The translations under genes and the position numbers were made by a program. The notes below the pieces were generated by a model. It was not told where the DNA came from. It saw only the letters and a list, made by a program, of their open reading frames with translations, and did no database searches. Positions 1 through 8,735 of a DNA stretch of 48,503 nt are shown here, in pieces (positions within the stretch are counted from its first letter, which is position 1; each line of letters begins with the position of its first letter). Origin of the DNA: Candidatus Muiribacteriota bacterium (lineage in GTDB: Bacteria; Muiribacteriota; Muiribacteriia; Muiribacteriales; Muiribacteriaceae); the NCBI GenBank assembly GCA_051747805.1, contig JBNJGP010000007.1:1-48503 (forward strand). Direction: 5' to 3'.

Positions 1-97
1 TGATTTGATGGGGTCAGTGCCGACAGCACTTTGCGAAAAAGCAAAGTGTGTAGGCCTGACCACTAAAGGATTTTCGGCTAAATTGAGAATTGGTGAT
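1..97. mobile_element. Partial copy (left part cut by window edge) of a MITE-like element
   Basis: Bases 1-99 match 48387-48485 at 98/99 positions; includes the right TIR ATTGAGAATTGGTG(AT) and the internal hairpin. Confidence 0.8.
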
Positions 98-116
98 TTT
101 TCTAAGCAATTCTCTA

Positions 117-145
117 TTGTTTTTTTTAAAAAAGTAATGTAATAT
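117..145 (+). promoter_or_regulatory. Candidate sigma-70 promoter of the thi operon
   Basis: TTGTTT-N17-TAATAT just upstream of the TPP aptamer; AT-rich context lowers specificity. Confidence 0.4.
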
Positions 146-155
146 ATATTTAAAT

Positions 156-245
156 AACAGCCGGGGGTGCTAAAAAGGCTGAGAGAAGATTAAAATCTTC
201 AACCCCAAGAACCTGAACCGGGTAATACCGGCGGAGGGAGGTTTT
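156..245 (+). ncRNA. TPP riboswitch (THI element)
   Basis: GGGGTGC...GCTGAGA...ACCC..GAACCTGA.CCGGGTAATACCGGCGGAGGGA matches the TPP aptamer consensus; directly upstream of thiamine genes. Confidence 0.95.
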
Positions 246-680
246 TTGACAGAAAATTCATATTATTATCAGATTACAGATATCAATATAAATCGCATAA
301 CTGGTTCTTTAAGGTTGCTTGAGGATATCTCACGTGTATGTGATTTTAATTTAAAAGAAAGCATTTCAGAATTCAAAGAGACAAGACATAAGATAAATTC
401 TTTATTTGATTACAATAAATTACTTGAGGGAAGAAATATTCAAAACGATTCTGGAAAATTTTTAAATCCTGAATATGAAATAAGTAAAAAAAATATTCAA
501 AGTATTATTCAGGGTAATTTCCGTCGTATTAATGAAAGTTTACGTGTGCTTGAAGAAATGTCTAAACTCTTAGATTGCAGTGAAGCTGTTGTTAAAAAAA
601 TAAAAGAAATACGATTTAAGATGTACGGTTTAGAAAAAAAATCTTTATTACATAAAAAAAAAGGAGATAGAAATGATTAA
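246..680 (+). CDS. Stand-alone ThiD2-family protein (HMP-phosphate kinase-like)
   Basis: Duplicated motif DININRITGSLRLLED / NFRRINESLRVLEE typical of the ThiD2 domain; first gene of the thi operon; TTG start. Confidence 0.8.
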   Translation: MTENSYYYQITDININRITGSLRLLEDISRVCDFNLKESISEFKETRHKINSLFDYNKLLEGRNIQNDSGKFLNPEYEISKKNIQSIIQGNFRRINESLRVLEEMSKLLDCSEAVVKKIKEIRFKMYGLEKKSLLHKKKGDRND

Positions 681-1899
681 AAAAATTGCTCAGAAAGAGC
701 AGCAGAGCGAAGATTTTATATTACAGGGAATTAGGAATAACAAAATCTGTGTGATGAAATCTAAATTGAGAGATATTGAACCAGTTGTTATTGGGGAGGG
801 AACGTTTACCAAGGTTAATGCAAACATTGGAACTTCTCCTGAAAAAGATAATCTTAAGCATGAACTACAAAAACTTCAGATAGCAGAAGAGGCCGGTGCA
901 GATACAGTTATGGATTTGTCCTGTGGTAGTAATATTGATGATACTAGAAAAGCAGTTATTGAAAAGGCCTTAGTGCCTGTTGGTACTGTTCCTGTTTATC
1001 AGCTAATGGCAGAAAATGTTAAAAAAAATCAAAATATTAAAAATATTTCTGGAAAAGATTTTTTAGATTGTGTTTATAAACATGGAACTCAGGGAGTAGA
1101 TTTTGTAACTGTACATACCGGAATAAATCGTGAAATTATTGAAGTATTAAAAGAAAGTCCAAGAAAAATTCCTGTTGTAAGCAGGGGAGGTTCTTTTATT
1201 CTTGAGTGGATGAAAAAAACTGGTAATGAAAATCCTTTTTATGAATATTTTGATGATTTAGTAAAAATATGTAAAAAATTTGATATGGCACTTTCGCTGG
1301 GGGATGGGATGCGGCCTGGATGTCTTCATGATTCTACTGATATAGCACAGATTACAGAGCTTAAAAACCTGAGTATTCAGGCTAGAAAATGTACAAAAAA
1401 AGAGGCTAAAGTAATGATAGAGGGTCCGGGGCACATTCCTATAAATGAAATAGAAACAAACGTAATGGTTCAAAAGAAAATGTCGGGAAACGTTCCTTTT
1501 TATGTTTTAGGTCCGTTAGTAACTGATATAGCTCCTGGTTATGACCATATAACTGGTGCTATTGGAGGAGCAATAGCTGCTTCTGCCGGAGTTGATTTTT
1601 TATGTTATGTAACGCCGGCAGAACATCTGGGGCTTCCCCATTTTGAAGAGGTTAAACAGGGAGTTATTGCCTCTAAAATAGCGGCACATTCAGCTGATAT
1701 TGTAAAAAGAGGAGAAGCAGCAAGAAAAAGAGATGATGATTTTTCTGAATACAGGAAAAATTTTCTGTGGAAAAAACAGCAGAAAAACGCAATTGATGGG
1801 AAAATATTCAGTAAGTATATGGATGTTGAATGCTCGCAGAATAAAGCATGTACTTTATGCGGGGATTTTTGTGCGATGAAAGATAAATGGGAGGACTAA
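673..1899 (+). CDS. thiC: Phosphomethylpyrimidine synthase ThiC
   Basis: KVNANIGTS, VSRGGS, SLGDGMRPG, EGPGH, PGYDHI, LCYVTPAEHL and C-terminal CTLCGDFC Fe-S motif. Confidence 0.97.
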   Translation: MIKKIAQKEQQSEDFILQGIRNNKICVMKSKLRDIEPVVIGEGTFTKVNANIGTSPEKDNLKHELQKLQIAEEAGADTVMDLSCGSNIDDTRKAVIEKALVPVGTVPVYQLMAENVKKNQNIKNISGKDFLDCVYKHGTQGVDFVTVHTGINREIIEVLKESPRKIPVVSRGGSFILEWMKKTGNENPFYEYFDDLVKICKKFDMALSLGDGMRPGCLHDSTDIAQITELKNLSIQARKCTKKEAKVMIEGPGHIPINEIETNVMVQKKMSGNVPFYVLGPLVTDIAPGYDHITGAIGGAIAASAGVDFLCYVTPAEHLGLPHFEEVKQGVIASKIAAHSADIVKRGEAARKRDDDFSEYRKNFLWKKQQKNAIDGKIFSKYMDVECSQNKACTLCGDFCAMKDKWED

Positions 1900-1900
1900 A

Positions 1901-2689
1901 GTGGGCGATTTATTAGAAATTGGAGGCGAGAAATTTTCTTCCAGACTTATACTTGGTACCGGAAAATACCCTTCTGATGATATTTTGAGAAAATGTATAG
2001 TAGTTTCTAAAGTGGAGCTTGTTACTGTTTGTGTAAGAAGAGTTGAGCTTGATAATCCTGACAGAGGAGATATTTTAAAAGTTATAGATAAAAAAAAGGT
2101 CAAGGTTATACCAAATACTTCAGGGGCTGTTAATGCTAAGCAGGCTGTTAGAATTGCAAAAGCTGCAAAGTTCAGCGGAATTTCAGACTGGATTAAAGTT
2201 GAGGTTGTACCTGATTCAAAAAATCTGCTTCCTGACCCGGTAGAAACATATAAGGCCTGTTATGAGCTTATTGAGGAAGGTTTTAAAGTGCTTCCATATA
2301 TTGGGGCAGACCCTGTTCTTGCCAGAAAACTTGAGAATATAGGCTGTGTTGCTGTTATGCCTCTTGCCGCCCCAATAGGTACTGGAAAAGGGGTTTTAAA
2401 TAAAGAGTTTTTAAAAATAATTATTTCCCAGGCTAATGTACCGGTAATCATTGATGCCGGAATAGGTAAACTATCACATGCATGTGAGGCAGTTGAGCTG
2501 GGTGCAGACGGAATAATGCTTAATACAGCAGTTTCTTCTGCAAAAAACCCTGTAAACATGGCCAAAGCTTTTTCTGATGTTATAACAGCAGCGTTTAAAG
2601 GAAAAAAAGCCGGGTTTATTAATGAAGGTGATTATGCAGTGGCTTCTTCTGAAATTGATAATATTCTCGAAGAGATTGAGCAATTCTAA
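1901..2689 (+). CDS. thiG: Thiazole synthase ThiG
   Basis: SRLILGTGKY, PNTSGA, WIKVEV, LLPDP, MPLAAPIGTG, DAGIG motifs. Confidence 0.97.
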   Translation: MGDLLEIGGEKFSSRLILGTGKYPSDDILRKCIVVSKVELVTVCVRRVELDNPDRGDILKVIDKKKVKVIPNTSGAVNAKQAVRIAKAAKFSGISDWIKVEVVPDSKNLLPDPVETYKACYELIEEGFKVLPYIGADPVLARKLENIGCVAVMPLAAPIGTGKGVLNKEFLKIIISQANVPVIIDAGIGKLSHACEAVELGADGIMLNTAVSSAKNPVNMAKAFSDVITAAFKGKKAGFINEGDYAVASSEIDNILEEIEQF

Positions 2690-2705
2690 AAAAGAGGGAG
2701 GATAA

Positions 2706-3779
2706 ATGTTTGCTCAATATTTGAGAGATAAAATAAATTTTAAATTACTGGAAAATAACGAAAAAAATAATTCTGGAAATGTTTCAGAAAGACTTTTTAT
2801 AAAACTGTTAAATTCAGATAAAAAAGAAATATCAAAAATATTGAAAACGGCTAATAAGCTTACTATTAAACATTTTGGAAAAAATATTATTCTATACAAT
2901 CCTGTTTATATTTCGTCATTCTGCGCTAATAGATGCGTTTACTGTAATTATAATGAGAGAAAAAATGTTTCGAGGAAAAAACTTTCTATGGAAGAATTTG
3001 AAGAAGAAATTAATTATTTATATTCAGGAGGACTTAAAAATCTTTTAATTGTGGCTGGTCAGAGCGAGAATGAGAAGGATAGGGATTTCATAGTCAGGTG
3101 TATAAAAAAAGCTAAACAAAAATTTTATTCTGTTTCTCTTGAGATTGGATCGTACTCCGAAAATACCCTGAGGAATTTTAAAGAGGCCGGGGCCGACAGT
3201 TTTATTTTATATCAGGAAACTTATAATAGAAAAGTATATTCAAAATATCATCTTAAGGGAATAAAAAAAGATTTTAATTACAGGTTGAATTCCATTGATT
3301 ATGCTGCCAGAGCTGGTTTTGACAGAGTAGGGCTTGGAGCTCTCCTGGGATTGTATGATTACAAGTTTGAGGCATTATGTCTTTATCATCATATTAATTA
3401 TTTATATAATAATTATCCGGGACTGGAAATTTGTCTTTCACTGCCAAGAATAAATACTGAGGGAATATCATTTTGTCCGGGTTATAAGGTTAATAATTTA
3501 GATTTTTTAAAATTAACTGGAATTTTTAGAATTTGTTTTCCAAATTTGCCGATATATATTTCGACCCGGGAAAATAGGCTGTTTAGAGACAGAATTATTT
3601 ATTGTGGCGCAACACATATGAGTGCGGGAGCACGTACTTCTGTGGGCGGTTATACAATGAATAAAAAGTCGGCTAATCAGTTTGAAATAAGTGATAAAAG
3701 GAATTTCCAGGATTTTGTAAAAGGGCTGGAAAAAAAGGGATATTACCCAGTAATGAAGAGCTGGGACAGCTCTTTTTAA
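2706..3779 (+). CDS. thiH: 2-iminoacetate synthase ThiH (radical SAM)
   Basis: CANRCVYC, YQETY, ISTRE, SAGARTSVGGY, QFEISDKR; thi operon context. Confidence 0.93.
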   Translation: MFAQYLRDKINFKLLENNEKNNSGNVSERLFIKLLNSDKKEISKILKTANKLTIKHFGKNIILYNPVYISSFCANRCVYCNYNERKNVSRKKLSMEEFEEEINYLYSGGLKNLLIVAGQSENEKDRDFIVRCIKKAKQKFYSVSLEIGSYSENTLRNFKEAGADSFILYQETYNRKVYSKYHLKGIKKDFNYRLNSIDYAARAGFDRVGLGALLGLYDYKFEALCLYHHINYLYNNYPGLEICLSLPRINTEGISFCPGYKVNNLDFLKLTGIFRICFPNLPIYISTRENRLFRDRIIYCGATHMSAGARTSVGGYTMNKKSANQFEISDKRNFQDFVKGLEKKGYYPVMKSWDSSF

Positions 3780-3803
3780 AAACCGGAAGTTCGGGGAGTA
3801 TTT

Positions 3804-4016
3804 ATGGAAAATAAAATAATGAATATTACCTTAAATGGTAAAAAAACAGATATTGATGAAGGAATGACCATTCTGGATATTCTTGAAGAAAAGGATGTGG
3901 GTAAAGAAAATATTGTTATTGAGTATAATGGTAATTTTATCAAGAAAAAAAACTGGGATACCCGGCTTAGAAATGGTGATGTTGTGGAAATTATTTTTTT
4001 TGCAGGAGGCGGGTGA
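3804..4016 (+). CDS. thiS: Sulfur carrier protein ThiS
   Basis: 70 aa ubiquitin-like size, ITLNG...GDVVEII...GGG C-terminus. Confidence 0.93.
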   Translation: MENKIMNITLNGKKTDIDEGMTILDILEEKDVGKENIVIEYNGNFIKKKNWDTRLRNGDVVEIIFFAGGG

Positions 4017-4019
4017 TAA

Positions 4020-4652
4020 TTGAATAATAAACATTTTAAACTCCCATTTTTTTATTTTGTATCAGGAACAGGATTTGATAAAAATAAAAATCATATTGAA
4101 ACTATTGAAAAAATTTTAAAGGGAGGAGCTGGAATTGTTCAGCTCCGGGAAAAAAATATTTCTGATAAAAAGCTGCTTAAAATGGCTATGGAAATAAGAA
4201 AGCTAACCTCCCGGTATAATGCTTTTTTTATTGTTAATGATAGACCTGATATAGCCTGTTTAGCAGAGGCTGACGGTGTTCATGCTGGTCAGGATGATTT
4301 AAGTGTTAAAGATTTAAGAAAAATTGTTGGAAAAAATAAAATTATCGGGAAGTCCACGCACTCATTAAAACAGGCTGTTGAGGCAGAAAAAGAGGGAGCC
4401 GACTATATAGGTGTAGGACCCATTTTTAATACTGACTCTAAAAAAGGAGTATGTTTGCCGGTAGGGCTTCGCTTAATTTCTGATGTGAAAAGTAATATTA
4501 AAATTCCTTTTGTTGCCATAGGAGGCATTAAGCATTATAATGTGGATAAAGTTCTTGCGCAGGGAGCTCAAAGTATTGCGGTGATTACTGGTGTACTGAC
4601 AGAAAACCCTGAAAAAGCAGTAAGGGATTTTATTGGTGATAGAATTTTGTAA
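4020..4652 (+). CDS. thiE: Thiamine-phosphate synthase ThiE
   Basis: VQLREK, IVNDRPD, GVHAGQDD, GKSTHS, DYIGVGPIF, VAIGGI. Confidence 0.96.
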   Translation: MNNKHFKLPFFYFVSGTGFDKNKNHIETIEKILKGGAGIVQLREKNISDKKLLKMAMEIRKLTSRYNAFFIVNDRPDIACLAEADGVHAGQDDLSVKDLRKIVGKNKIIGKSTHSLKQAVEAEKEGADYIGVGPIFNTDSKKGVCLPVGLRLISDVKSNIKIPFVAIGGIKHYNVDKVLAQGAQSIAVITGVLTENPEKAVRDFIGDRIL

Positions 4653-5430
4653 TATTGAATATATATATAACAAGAATACATGTTTTGAAACAATAGCCTT
4701 AAAAAATTTGAGTTTTAAAGTTTCTGAAGGCGAAATTCTTTCAATTTGCGGAAATACAGGTTCCGGAAAATCTACTTTGATAAAACTTATAAATGGGTTA
4801 TTAATTCCTGACAATGGTCAGGTTAAGATAGCAGGAAAAAATATTTCAGAAATTAAAAATAAAAAAGCCCTCAGAAAAAAAATCGGAATGGTTTTTCAAA
4901 GCCCAGACCACCAGATTTTTGAGGACAGCGTAAAAAAAGAACTGATTTTTGCCCCCCTGAAATTTGGGCAGAATAAAAGAGAAGCACTTAAATCTGCCCG
5001 AAAATCCTCTCAGATGTGTAATTTAGATTATGATAAATTTAAAAATAGAAACCCTTTTGAGCTTTCAGGTGGCGAAAAAAGAAAAGTAGCAATAGCCTCT
5101 ATTATTTCATATTTTCCCGATATATTAATTTTTGATGAACCGACAGCCGGTCTTGACGGAGAATCTTTAAAAAACTTAAATACACTATTTGAACAGCTGA
5201 AGTTGCAGAATAAAACAATTATTGTTATTTCTCATAATATGGATTTTAACTTCAGGCATGCTCGTAATATACTTGTATTAAATCAAGGCAGGAAGGTTTT
5301 TTATGGTAGTGTAAAAAAAATGATTTCTTCTTATTCTGGCGAAAAATTTCGCACCTGGGGTCTGGAAAAGCCATTTAAGGCAGAATTAGATGATATAAGA
5401 AAAAACAGGGAGTGTGTTTCAGTTGAATAA
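4633..5430 (+). CDS. ECF transporter ATPase (EcfA2-like)
   Basis: Walker A GNTGSGKST, VFQSPDHQIFE, LSGGEKRKVAIA, DEPTAGLD; N-terminal TCFE..AL as in EcfA2. Confidence 0.88.
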   Translation: MVIEFCNIEYIYNKNTCFETIALKNLSFKVSEGEILSICGNTGSGKSTLIKLINGLLIPDNGQVKIAGKNISEIKNKKALRKKIGMVFQSPDHQIFEDSVKKELIFAPLKFGQNKREALKSARKSSQMCNLDYDKFKNRNPFELSGGEKRKVAIASIISYFPDILIFDEPTAGLDGESLKNLNTLFEQLKLQNKTIIVISHNMDFNFRHARNILVLNQGRKVFYGSVKKMISSYSGEKFRTWGLEKPFKAELDDIRKNRECVSVE

Positions 5431-6217
5431 CGGTATATTAATGGGACAGTATGTTCCCGGGAAATCATATTTTTATAAATTAAACCCTCTGAATAAAATA
5501 ATTTTTGCTCTTTTTTTTATGATTCTTATTCTTGTTGTGTCTGAGTTAAAAATGATATTCAGCATGTTTCTTGGTGTTTTAATATTATTTTTATCGGCAG
5601 GCCTACCCTTTATTTCTGTTATTAAAGGAATGAGAAGTATATTTTTTTTTCTCTTAATTACTTTTATAATGCATATTTTTTTTGCAGGAGAAGGAAGAAT
5701 ACTTTATGAGATTGGTTCGGTTACTATAACTTATGAAGGGGTTTTTAATGGAACGCTTGTTTTTATAAGACTTATAACAATTATAATGCTGAATTCTATG
5801 TTAACTTTAACAACTCTGCCTGTTAATATTGCCTGGGGATTTGAAAAATTATTGTATCCGTTAAAAATTGTAAGGTTTCCAGTTGAGGAATTTGCCTTAA
5901 TGCTTTCTTTAGCATTGCGTTTTATACCAGTTTTATATACAGAACTTCAAAAGATTATTGATTCTCAGAGAAGCAGAGGCGCAGATTTTGATTCTAACTC
6001 ATTTCTAAAAAAAATTCTGAGTTTTCCGCCAGTATTAATACCATTATTTGTAAATTCTTTTTACCGGGCAGAAGAAATTGCGCTGGCTATGGAAGCTCGA
6101 TGTTATAACGGTTCTCAGGGCAGAACACATTATAATAAAATAACTTTTTGTATGAATGATTTATATTTTGCTATTTTTTATATTACAGCGTTTATAATCT
6201 TAATTTTTTATCTGTAA
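5414..6217 (+). CDS. ecfT: ECF transporter transmembrane component EcfT
   Basis: GQYVPGKS, LALRFIP, SQRSRG and AMEARCY conserved Arg motifs; hydrophobic. Confidence 0.92.
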   Translation: MFQLNNGILMGQYVPGKSYFYKLNPLNKIIFALFFMILILVVSELKMIFSMFLGVLILFLSAGLPFISVIKGMRSIFFFLLITFIMHIFFAGEGRILYEIGSVTITYEGVFNGTLVFIRLITIIMLNSMLTLTTLPVNIAWGFEKLLYPLKIVRFPVEEFALMLSLALRFIPVLYTELQKIIDSQRSRGADFDSNSFLKKILSFPPVLIPLFVNSFYRAEEIALAMEARCYNGSQGRTHYNKITFCMNDLYFAIFYITAFIILIFYL

Positions 6218-7317
6218 ATCCTTGGAACTCTAGGAGCCACATTACATAAAACTTCATAGGGAATTGTATTTAAAATGCTGCATATATAATTAAGTTTAAC
6301 CTCATTTTCTGCTTTTTTACCAAATAAAATAACTTCATCGCCTGTTTTGATTTTATTAGTATTCTGACCAATATCAATCATGAACTGATCCATACAGACG
6401 CGGCCGGCTATTTTAAATTCTTTCCCTTTTATCATAACTTTTCCTCTGTTTGATAAACTTCTGGAATAACCATCGCCGTATCCTACAGGAATAGTGGCAA
6501 TATAAGAGGGTTCAAAAGTTTTATAAGTTGCCCCATAACTTATAGTCGTTTTGGCGGGAACTTTTTTTATATGAGAAACCCTTGATATCATAGTCATAAC
6601 AGGTTTCAAGGGAACGCTTTCTGTAGTTTCTTCTGAAGGATAATAACCATAAGCCATAATTCCAGGTCTTACCATATCAAAGTAGCTTTCAGGTATATCA
6701 GTTACTGCACCGCTGTTTGCGGCATGAATAATGCCTGAATTAATATTTTGATTTTTAATTATTGAAATGAACTTTTTGAATTTTTCAAGCTGTTTCCAGC
6801 TTTGTTCTTTGTTTTTTGAATCAGAAGTGGCAAAATGCGTCATTACACCTTTTACAAGAATAGAAGAGGAGGTTTTTAATTTATTACAGAAAGGAATAAT
6901 TTCATCTTCTGTTAAACCCACACGACCCATTCCTGTATCGACTTTTATATGGATTGAAAGTTTTTTCTTTATATTTTGGGCTATTTTCTGGGCTTTTAAA
7001 ATAAATTCTTCTGAGTAGGCAGCAACTTCAATATTATAATCAACTAAGGCTTCAATATCTTCTTTAAAACACTGACTGAACTTTAAAATTGGAATTAAAA
7101 CCCCACCCTTTCTCAGTTTTAAAGCTTCCTCGGTTGTTGCAACCCCGAAATAATCAACAAGATTATTTTCCTGACAGAATTTGGCTATTTCTATATCGCC
7201 ATGTCCATACGCATTTGCTTTTACAGCAAATAAAATTTTGTTATCTGTTTTTTTCCTGATGTTTTCAAGATTAAATTTTAAATTATCAAAACTGATAATA
7301 GCTTTTGTAGGATTCAT
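6208..7317 (-). CDS. alr: Alanine racemase
   Basis: VKANAYGHG PLP lysine, KVDTGMGRVG, VGYGDG, GRVCMDQ, TIPYEVL. Confidence 0.97.
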   Translation of the reverse strand: MNPTKAIISFDNLKFNLENIRKKTDNKILFAVKANAYGHGDIEIAKFCQENNLVDYFGVATTEEALKLRKGGVLIPILKFSQCFKEDIEALVDYNIEVAAYSEEFILKAQKIAQNIKKKLSIHIKVDTGMGRVGLTEDEIIPFCNKLKTSSSILVKGVMTHFATSDSKNKEQSWKQLEKFKKFISIIKNQNINSGIIHAANSGAVTDIPESYFDMVRPGIMAYGYYPSEETTESVPLKPVMTMISRVSHIKKVPAKTTISYGATYKTFEPSYIATIPVGYGDGYSRSLSNRGKVMIKGKEFKIAGRVCMDQFMIDIGQNTNKIKTGDEVILFGKKAENEVKLNYICSILNTIPYEVLCNVAPRVPRIYR

Positions 7318-7334
7318 AAAAAACTCCTGTTGTT

Positions 7335-7616
7335 TCAGCTTGATTCAGGATTGAAATCTGAAAGCTGATTATTCATTTTATATACAAAAACAAGTATTTC
7401 TGCAACAGTTTCAAATAGTTCCGGAGGAATTTCATCTCCTAGATCCACTTTTGATAGAATTTCGACAATATCAGGGTCTTCATAAAGATTTATTCCAAGC
7501 TCTTTTGCTTTTTTTATAATTTCTTCCGCTTTTTTGCCACTTCCCTTTGCAATAACAGCAGGAGCATCTTTTTTATTTTTTGGTTTATACTTTAAGGCAA
7601 CAGCTTTTTTTTTCAT
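7335..7616 (-). CDS. FlhB C-terminal-domain-like protein (EscU/YscU/HrcU switch family, YlqH-like)
   Basis: KAVALKY...APAVIAKG...EIPPELFETVAEIL. Confidence 0.9.
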   Translation of the reverse strand: MKKKAVALKYKPKNKKDAPAVIAKGSGKKAEEIIKKAKELGINLYEDPDIVEILSKVDLGDEIPPELFETVAEILVFVYKMNNQLSDFNPESS

Positions 7617-8728
7617 GCTTTAATATCAATTCCTCCTTTATTTAATTTCGTTGTTTTTCTAATATTATTTTTTTTAATTTTTTCTTTTTCAGTAGAATAT
7701 ATAAAGTTAAGATATACATTCAGTCCCTGTTTTTCCAGTTTATCTGTAAGTTCAGAGCTTTTTTTATGAATTAAATCAAGAAATTCCTCTTTTTGGGAAA
7801 TAAAATTTATATTAATATTTTTACCTTCCATATAATAAAGCGCATTTATTTTTAAAAGTTGAGCGTTTGACATATCCAGAACAAAAAAAATTGACACAGT
7901 TTTTTTCTTATTAAACCTGTTGCTACTTTTCATTTCTAACTGCGAATATTTAATTTTGCTTGAATTTTTTAAAAAATATGGAATATTTAGAATTGCCTGA
8001 AGCTTATCCTGAGAGTTTAATATATTGTTTAAATCTAGAAATTTTATAATTTTATCAGAAAAACTGTTATCAATTTTTTGCATAAAATCTTTCATATCAT
8101 TAGAAGTATCCTGATTTTCTTTTAACTTATGCTCAAAAGAATTTAAGGAATTTTTTAAAATGGATATTATTTTATTTTTATCAGTTTCTGAAGGAAGAAT
8201 AAACTTTTCTTTAAACTCAGAAACATGCTCTTCTGGAATTTTTTTCAATAGAAAAGAATAAAAATCCTTAAAGGAACTCATCTCACCTTCAAGCTCCTGT
8301 GCTTCTTTAAAAAGCTCTATTATTTCAGGATTATCAGTCATTTCCAATTTTGCCGTCATCACGGCAGATTTAACGGTTAATCCCTGATTAATCATACTTT
8401 TTATTATATTAAATAGAGAACCTTTTAAAGAATTATTCAGGAGAGCATTTAAAATTTCTGAATCTTTATCTGAACTTTGAGGGTCAATTATTTTAAGATA
8501 AGTTTTTCCCGCCTCTTTTTTCTGAACATAAACATCAAGTGTCTGACCAATTCTAAGTGGGACCTCAGAACTTGCTGTAAAAGCTTCACCCTTGAATTGA
8601 AGAACAGGTTTTTTTTCTGTAAAACCAAGAACTTTCCCTTTTAAAAAATCCCCTACCCTGAAAGTGTTAGTTTTTTTTATACTAACACTTTCAGCGGTAG
8701 AATTTAAATTTTGGGTATTAATACTCAT
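7613..8728 (-). CDS. FliK-like (hook-length control-type) protein
   Basis: Sits directly before the FlhB-C gene (4-nt overlap); FliK-C-like LDMSN...LEKQG region and IDIKA terminus. Confidence 0.6.
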   Translation of the reverse strand: MSINTQNLNSTAESVSIKKTNTFRVGDFLKGKVLGFTEKKPVLQFKGEAFTASSEVPLRIGQTLDVYVQKKEAGKTYLKIIDPQSSDKDSEILNALLNNSLKGSLFNIIKSMINQGLTVKSAVMTAKLEMTDNPEIIELFKEAQELEGEMSSFKDFYSFLLKKIPEEHVSEFKEKFILPSETDKNKIISILKNSLNSFEHKLKENQDTSNDMKDFMQKIDNSFSDKIIKFLDLNNILNSQDKLQAILNIPYFLKNSSKIKYSQLEMKSSNRFNKKKTVSIFFVLDMSNAQLLKINALYYMEGKNININFISQKEEFLDLIHKKSSELTDKLEKQGLNVYLNFIYSTEKEKIKKNNIRKTTKLNKGGIDIKA

Positions 8729-8735
8729 TTAAAAA

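Noticed and set aside
10..63. MITE hairpin as a CRISPR repeat or tRNA
   Set aside because: There is no repeat-spacer array, no cas gene and no cloverleaf or T-loop pattern.
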